DNA of 61,373 nucleotides, filler included, from Circinaria calcarea (taxonomy: Eukaryota), in NCBI GenBank assembly GCA_051942165.1. It is 3 parts of 3 records of this genome, joined end to end, with 100 filler letters (N's around TTAATTAATTAA, not from the genome) between each part and the next. Parts side by side here need not be neighbours in the genome. Positions count along the whole stretch, not along the records: positions 41,040 to 61,373 come from JAVECS010000179.1; 2 more parts are not named here. One strand, 5' to 3'. The translations under genes were made by a program, and so were the position numbers. Below the pieces are notes generated by a model that was not told the DNA's origin, did no database searches, and saw only the letters and a list, made by a program, of their open reading frames with translations. This document shows, piece by piece, positions 54,074 to 61,373 of the stretch. Within the stretch, counting starts at the first letter, position 1; every line of letters begins with the position of its first letter.

Positions 54074-54847
54074 CTAATCCATGTAGAAGTCCCCCTTCAG
54101 GATGCGCTCCTGTAGATAATCCGGGGCTTTTGGAGCCTTTGGCATTTCTTTGACTGGTGGTTCGACCGCCGCAAGACTGACGGCTCTCTGATGGTCTCGA
54201 GAAGACAGTGCAACGGGGTTGGGTGGACTGGTAATGGACGAGGACCTCTGAGCTCTCGATCTAAGCTGATCAGACCAATTGAAACCGTCACCTATACGAA
54301 AGGCAAAGATGTTAGAAGTCTTCTTTAAAGTTCCCGTTTCGCTATAAGGACTTGAGGACGAACCTCGCCCTTTGGCAATTGGGGAAGAAGCCGAATTTAT
54401 GGAGGCTCTACCATTAAAGTTCCCAGCCCCTTTCACGTCACGTAAAGCTTTCGCACCAAAGCTCATCCTTCTTGCGAATGGCGAGCTAGGTGTGTTGTTA
54501 GGCCCGGCATCGCCTTCCTCCACGGCACTTTCATCTGCGTGTGGAGAACCTGATGAAGAGGCAACACTGGCATAGCTATCCTGTCTTGGCCTGGTGTTTG
54601 TGAACGGTGAGGTTTGCGTTGGTGACCCAGATAGCCCCAAAGTAGAGATGGACATCCTTCGTCGTTGGTTTGCTTGAGCGTTCGCTGCTGCTGCAATGGA
54701 CCCTGGATAAGGCGAGACTGCGGCGGCACCTCCACTACTCCCTGGAGAACGGCCGAATAATTCAGTGAACTTTTGGCCAGGGGCGAAAGAAGCACGACGA
54801 GCGGTAGGGGATGATGGGGTCGGGGGAGGGGAATTTTCGTTTGACAT
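54074..54847 (-). CDS. Conserved Ser-rich disordered fungal protein with C-terminal QERILKGDFYMD motif
   Basis: Multiple PKA-type sites (RRAS, RRMS twice), GFNWSDQLRSRA, PDYLQERILKGDFYMD. Probable in-frame intron 54292-54363. Confidence 0.8.
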   Translation of the reverse strand: MSNENSPPPTPSSPTARRASFAPGQKFTELFGRSPGSSGGAAAVSPYPGSIAAAANAQANQRRRMSISTLGLSGSPTQTSPFTNTRPRQDSYASVASSSGSPHADESAVEEGDAGPNNTPSSPFARRMSFGAKALRDVKGAGNFNGRASINSASSPIAKGRGSSSSPYSETGTLKKTSNIFAFRIGDGFNWSDQLRSRAQRSSSITSPPNPVALSSRDHQRAVSLAAVEPPVKEMPKAPKAPDYLQERILKGDFYMD

Positions 54848-55705
54848 GGTGACTTGCTACTGTATGCTATCTGGCCGGATAGCGGTGATACGAAGTATCC
54901 GACCAGGGGACGTCAGTTAGCACGGATTATGCCAAGGTCTGATCCACGCCGAGGAAGTAACGGTAGGGTGGTATCTGTTGGCAATGAGTCGTAGCAGTCG
55001 CTCCTATTGGAGCTTTCCTAGATGTCACGTTACGTCAGTAAACACTCCATGGAAACAGCCTTCTGAAGTCATCCTCGTACCGGATCGGTTCGCACAGGTT
55101 TCAATGGTGGCTGTGTATATTGGACAAAACAGGGCAAGAAGACATACGTGGCCGCTGTGGTAAGAGGATGTGGTGGGATGTAATCAGAAACATGGCCCAA
55201 TGCTCCTTTAAAGGATCCCGGACGCAGTACGGAGTACGGAGTAAGGGTGAATGAACCGGTTGGAGCTTATGAAGTGTGCGGGGTAAGAGACAGGGGTGCG
55301 AAACCTTATCCGATTGTCGCTTTGTTTGGGAATGAATGCAGGCCTAGCCGACTCTTGGCTTGGAATCCACCCGCCATGCACAAGGCCAGTAACAAGAGTC
55401 GACTCTAGTCATGGCACGTCGGCGATGGGAACCTTTAAATCTCCCGACTTCCTGGTAACGTCATGCACCAACAAGGCTTGACGGCTTTGTTACACGACTA
55501 CACATCTCGTACACCGTGGGCACATCGTCAAAAAATACTTTAGTTGAGTTGCAATGCAATGTTCTTTTCAAAGCAGTGTGAGAGTCTGGCCCATGGAATT
55601 TTTAATATAAAGAAACAATGCTATTTACACTAGGGTAAATGGGTATCAGCGCAAGAAGAAAGTGTGTGCTGGACGGGGGAGCAATCCGGAGTTGTGCCCG
55701 GTGGT

Positions 55706-58657
55706 TTAAGAGAGCGCCGCAAGCCTCTGGAGCGCGGATATAACACCTATATTTCCTCTTATTTTAGTAAAGAGCTAGGTAACCCATGTGTGATTGACTC
55801 ACCGGAAGCACCTTGCGTGAGAGTCGCCATTGCCTCTGTATGCCTAGAGCTGACGGTCACCGTTGTAACATCCCGTACGATCTTGTCCTTTCCGAGTTTA
55901 TTGGCCCACTGATAGATGACCTCGTCGTCCCGCCCGTCGCCAGCCACCATCAAGAAATCGGGTTTAGGCAAACCTTTAGCTTCGTACTTCTTCTTCAGTC
56001 CCTCAAAGATGTATGTCGCAGCTGTACCCTTACTCCAGTCAATTTGTTCAACCACAATAGCACCATCAACCGGAACAGCATGAATACGTTGAGATTCGCA
56101 GGCAAGGTTGATATGATTGGCGCAATCTCCGGCCTGTCGAGCAGCTGCCTGCTGATCTTCCGCTTTGCTGTAGTGAAAGGCCAGGGAGCAATGGCGTTCT
56201 TCGATCCAGCTGCCTTCAGTACGCTCTTTGTAATACTCCAGGATCCCACGAACGGTGTCTTTCCAAGTTGACATCTTCTCAATACCGGCCAATTCGACCC
56301 ACTCATAACTGCCACACTCTTTCAAGAAACACCCGTTCTCAGCAATCAAGCCAAGATTGTGTACTCTGCGGAACAGACGATCCAGCTCCTCCGGCTTCCT
56401 AGCACTCATGACGTAGACTATATTCCTTTGGTCAAAGAGCAGGTCTGTCAGAACATCAAGTGCGCGTTGAGGGCTGGTAAAGACAATGCTGGTGGGCGAT
56501 CCATAGGCTGCGAGAGTTCCCTCATAATCGAGGATGAATACACGTCGGTTCGCTGCCTTGTACTGCTCAGCCAACTTGCTCACATTCAATCGAGGAATAG
56601 AAATGGTGTCTCGACGTGAATGCTGTTTCCAGATTTCCGACAGTCGCTCCAGGAACGTAGTAAACCAGTGATCTGCGGTATGGTGCATAACCTCTTCCAT
56701 GAGTTTCGACCATCTTTGCGCACGCTCATTTCCATCCATATCGAGAGCCGTCTTGATGGCCTCTGCGCACTGGCGGTAATCCCATGGATTGACGGAAAGC
56801 TCGTGGCCTTTGAAGACGGAAGTACTTCCGGTGAATTCACTCAATATCAGGGAACCATGCTTCTTGTTACTATACTTACCATCTTGGCAAGAGATAAACT
56901 CGTGGCTAGTGAGATTCATACCCTCTCGTAGGCTAGTAATCATGAGCACATCTGCCGCCGTAATCAGAGCAAGATACTGCGAGTATCCAATGTCTTGCTT
57001 CAAGAAGACCAAAGGCTGATATGCAAGGGTAGAATGTATAGAGTTGATCCGAGTGACAATGTCAGACACTGTAGCATCTAGTTCTGCCTGTTCCGTCGTT
57101 GAAGTCGCAACTTGGACGAGGACAACCTATTTCATTAGCGTAGCACCGAAAGGGCCTTGGATGCTGCCTACCTTTCCCTTCATGTCAGGGTTTGTGTTTA
57201 AGAAGAGCTCATACGCCAGCAGTTTTTGCCGTACACCCCGAACGTGGTCAAGCTTGTCACGGCCCACGATAAGCTGCATTCCTGAGTATTTCAACTGTAT
57301 ACGCTCAAGCCATAGCAGCACCTCTGGATCCCTCCTTCTCGCATCGAGAGACCCAGGATCTATGCCAATCGGAAACGTCTCTACGTTTACCAGGCGATCC
57401 TCGAGTTGAACACCTTCGGTGGTAGCTTCCACACACAAAAGACGGTTACAGGTTTGCAGAAAGTGATGACAGTATTCTTGATTTTGGAAGCCGATCAGGT
57501 TGGCACCCAGCATGCCCTTCAACAACTCTTTGCGAACCGCCAAGCATCGGAATACCTCTGATGACGGAAAAGCTACGTGCAAGAAGAAACCAATCTGCGC
57601 ATCTGGGAGCTTTTTGCGAACCATTGATGGCACCAGTAAGAGGTGATAATCATGAATCCAGATCACATCTCCTCTCTTCCACCTGTTGACAATGCGATCT
57701 GCAAACGCCTGGTTGATCTTCACATAGTAGATCCAGGAATGATCTTCATATGCTTTACTCTTCGGATTGTCAGGGATTTGATAGTGAAACACAGGCCATA
57801 AAATTGTTTTGCAATAGTGGGAATAATGACCATCGAAGTCACTGTCGCTCGGAAAGACGGTGACTGAATCATATTCGTTTTCAAGCTTGTCTTCTATGTC
57901 GAACTTCTGGGCCTCGTCCAATGCGTCCGTCGGCATACCTAACGTGCCAACCTGGATTATTCAGCCACGTGTAAGCTGGTGGACTTTACAGGCCAACTTA
58001 CCCAAATCTTTTCCTTCAGATTCCCTGCTTCAGAAGCCGCTTTGACGGCATTATGAAGCCCTCCATTACCTTGTTCCGCTGGTCGAACGGACCACCTGGC
58101 GGACCTCAAGGCCCTTTCATGGCTATGTTCTCTCGACTCTGATATAGAGCCAAACCGCCTTACCCGTGTGGTGCTCCCCTGTTGCTTTGTGTGTCGCAAG
58201 ATTGAAGATGGTGGTGGGCTCTTAGCACGCGATTTGGGTTGATTGAAGAGGCCAAGGCCCCAGACAGGAGAGTGTGGATCACTGAGGTAGATCGAATGCG
58301 GATCGTTTGGCTGTGCTACCTTGGAATTGATTGAAGAAGGTTTGTTCGACAGAAAGAACTCTTCGTTCTCAGTAGAGATTGCAGGGGTCGGAGGAGCTGT
58401 AGGGCCTGCAGGGCCTTGGGTGAATAGGCTCAGCTCCCCCGCATCGAGGTAATCTTTAACTTGGGACTCTTGCCTTGCAAGTGTAGCGTGTTCGGAGTCC
58501 GGCTTAGGTACATCGAAGTGAATAGTGTAGGGAAGAAATCTAGCAGTTCCTTCAGGTCAGCATTATGCAATTGCAGGAGACGGGCTGGAACAGCTTCGAG
58601 CTCCATCTAAGTACGACAATCTGGGGCTACTTACAGAGAAGCGACAAAAAGAGTCAT
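55706..58657 (-). CDS. Trehalose-6-phosphate synthase complex regulatory subunit (GT20 plus degenerate HAD phosphatase; TPS3/TSL1/TslA-like)
   Basis: MTLFVASLFLPYTIHF, LWPVFHY, WIHDYHLLLVP, GFFLHVAFPSSE, GRDKLDHVRG, REGMNL. HAD motif I reads DYEGT instead of the catalytic DYDGT. Ends GVISALQRLAALS*. Confidence 0.9.
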
Positions 58658-59327
58658 TTTGGGAGCTCACGATTGACGTTGGAGAGAGGATCGAGGTGGG
58701 AACATGAAGATGATGATGGATTAAATGGGTGTTCATAAGGGTAGGAAAGGGCAGCCGTTGGGATGACGTGCAACCACTTCGCGCATCCATAGGATACGAG
58801 TTTCGAGCTTCGAGCTTCCGTAGCTTTACACATGCATGCACTCGGGTTTCAACGGCTGCTAAGCACTTGCGTCACTAGTTTCAGGTACGTAGGGAGCGTT
58901 AGGTTCGTCATAATGACCAGCGCTGCGCAGGGAATTCCTCCGAGCATATTACTGTAAGTGAGGCGGTTTTGGTAAGCCACGTGTATCTCTGACACGTGAA
59001 AAATTCACCGAAAGCTTTTCAAAGATGCCGTTGTAGTCGGAATTGATTGACGTCCAAATCCCATTGCTTCCCAGTCAAAGATCTACGCCAGTGTTTTGGG
59101 AAAGGTTAATTCATATAGCCGTGCCGTAGTAAACTACTAGCATGTTCTATTCTTAGCTAAATAGGCTGAGAGTTTCCACGCTACGACATCAGACTTTAGA
59201 GCTGTCCGGAACCATGTGTTTGGACCTTTGTGACAGCTGTCATATACACTAAACCTAAGCGTTAAGATGGGTCCTTGAAACTGTCCGATCTACAGTGCTC
59301 CTTTATCCCTTTTAGAGTCCTATCATG

Positions 59328-60494
59328 TCATTGTGCCTTGATCATTAAAATCTGGAAGGCCACGTTAGCAACTAACGGTATATGAAAGTCAGAGGATCTT
59401 CTCTTAGCGTACTTCATTTAGTGCCTTGGGATCCATTGTTGCCAGTTTCTTCTGTTTGATGTAGCGTTGCCTAATAATATGTCGGCCAACGGCAGGTACT
59501 ACACCGATAGAGACAGCGGAGGCTGGTGTATTCGTAGCGGAGGGACAGTCTGAAGAGCTATCCTTTTCCGGATCGCGGAAATTGATTTGTTGGGTCGGCA
59601 TGATGTTTGACGAAGACCCCGGTTGGACGGGCTGAGATCGTGAAGCCCTCTTCGCCTCCTTACGTTTCCTCCTATCTAGCTTCCGCTCCAACTTCTCTGC
59701 CTTCCTTCGAGCCTTGTCTGAGAGCTGGAAATCAACGTTAGGACGATCCATCTCCTCGACGACCTTTTCTTCCTGCCTCTGCACTGTTGAATGTGGTCTT
59801 GTTGCCTTGGTACTAGAATAGGAGGATATACCCTCAGCAGGATTTACCTTGGGCCTTTTCCCGGTATGATCTGCTGTTCTTGCAGCATTAGCTGTACTTT
59901 TGGTTCCATGGGTCAAAGCCAGTTCCTGTTGCTCGGATTTCTCCACAGAAGTCGGTTGGTTTGTTATGTCAACAAGACGTGATTTCTCTCTGTCGGCTAG
60001 CTCTCTTATTCGATCTCCAATGAGGGTTCCACCACTGACAAACCGCAGGACACCCCAGCGTCTCTCTGTATATGTAGCTCTCTTAAAGTCGTCCCTTGAC
60101 TTTTGCTCCTTTTCAAGCTCTGTGTTACTCTTCCCATTCAATCGTCCCAAGAGTCCCTGAAATGAATCAAGGCCCGTACACTCTCCCGCAGCCTGTCCGC
60201 TACCATGTTTTGCCCCCACGCCCAGATTATCGTCCTTGAGCGTAATCCGTATATGGGAGGCGCTGGCGTCGGAATGGAGGTGGGCATGAGGGGCATTTAC
60301 AGCACCTAGGTAGGAGCCCGGGGTCCACCCTTGTGATAGTAGCATTTTATGTCCATAGTTTGTAGTGGTTCGGCTCCAACTAGTATTGTTTGGATCGTGT
60401 GATATCTTTGACCGCCTGAAAATATTAGCTTAGCCGTTTGTCGATTGAATGTTGCAATTTAGCAAACATACTTACGCAGTCCACCGAGGCCCAT
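59328..60494 (-). CDS. PXR1: G-patch ribosome biogenesis/telomerase regulator Pxr1 (Gno1/PinX1)
   Basis: Spliced MGLGGLRKRSKISHDPNNTSWSRTTTNYGHKMLLSQGWTPGSYLG...LKDDNLGVGA...FQGLLGRLNGK, Lys-rich region, ends MDPKALNEILMIKAQ*. Confidence 0.9.
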
Positions 60495-60778
60495 TTTCAG
60501 GCCTTCTAGATCTAGCGCCTTGATCCTATGTTAACCTATAGAGAGCGTGGTCCACCTCGAGAATGTGTATCATTAGTTTGGTCTCGGCAAATATCTCCAG
60601 TTGCCTGCGGGAGAACCCTGGTCGGCAATTTCTTGGCGGAGCTAATCTGCGGTTAAGGAGTCGCTCGTGGGTAACAATGTATTATTCACGCATTACCTAG
60701 GCGCAAGCATTGGATGGTCAGATCGTATCAACCTCCTACAAGAATAAAAATATTCTTACTTTTACTAGGTCTTACATA

Positions 60779-61373
60779 ATGGCGCCAGCCCGATCAGCTG
60801 CTAAATCTCGAGCTGCTAAAGCATCCAAGCAGACCAATGCACCGTCCGAATCCAGCCAAGAAATCATGGAAGAAGCAGACGTCTCTGCAGACTCAGAGGA
60901 GATGGCCACCCTCCGGATCCAGCGCCTAGCAGAGAACATGAAGAAATCTGTAGGCTGCGTCAAGTGTGACGTCTTATCGTAGACTAATGTCGAATAATAG
61001 GCGAGAAAACGTCGTGAAGCTCGAAGGAAGGCTGTAGAGGCGGACTTTCTAAGGCGTTGCGAAAAGATGGAGAAGCAGATTAACACTGCCTTCGGGGAAT
61101 ATGCGAAGTAACCACTTTGGCACTTAAGAGAAACATTACATCCTCATAGCCTTCCTAACTAGACTACCTTGACAGGTCGAAACCTACCAAAGCTCGGCTT
61201 GAACAACTCGGTGTGCTGATGAAGAGGAAGGCATTGATAGAAGAGAAGATCATTACTCGCCTTGCCAAGTTAGAAAAAGCCTACATGGACGCCAGTAGGG
61301 AGTTTTCAGTGACCCTTGCCGGCCGTTCTGAAGATATTGGGAAGCTCGCTAAACCTCTCGTGAGTGTGTCGAT
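60779..61373 (+). CDS. Hypothetical coiled-coil protein (multi-exon, runs to the window edge)
   Basis: ATG 60779; exons joined by introns at ~60950-61000 and ~61108-61176; charged helical sequence (RIQRLAENMKKS, RREARRKAVEADF, LEQLGVLMKRKALIEEKI). Confidence 0.65.

Noticed and set aside
58978..58998. Two CACGTG E-boxes upstream of the TPS3-like gene
   Set aside because: Six-base motifs are common, and no factor or function can be assigned without conservation data.

Overview
Gene-dense segment (about 50% GC) of a filamentous ascomycete (Pezizomycotina) nuclear genome, with short GT-AG introns and two 100-nt scaffold gaps carrying an artificial TTAATTAATTAA linker. The backbone is conserved genes: SEC23, RPL12, a GT41 O-GlcNAc-transferase-like gene, the Myb regulator flbD behind a ~7.4 kb non-coding region, GPD1 (cut by a gap), a DUF1749/SidJ-like hydrolase, GDB1, RPS28, HIS1, a NEDD8 protease (cut by a gap), a ham-8-like membrane protein, URA6, a GH5 mannanase-like gene, a TPS3/TSL1-type trehalose complex subunit and PXR1. 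Accessory or unusual items are interspersed: a MULE-transposase-derived gene without a catalytic core, a 52-aa HTH-like ORF below the ORF-track cut-off, a disrupted Kex2/Ste13-type precursor of a six-cysteine peptide, a PD-(D/E)xK nuclease-like gene beside a RIP-like AT-rich remnant, a frameshifted paralogue facing its intact relative, and a mitochondrial-type microprotein ORF in frame with URA6 but separated from it by one stop codon. I recognised no tRNA, rRNA, CRISPR array or intact transposon. All family assignments come from motif recognition by eye, not database searches.
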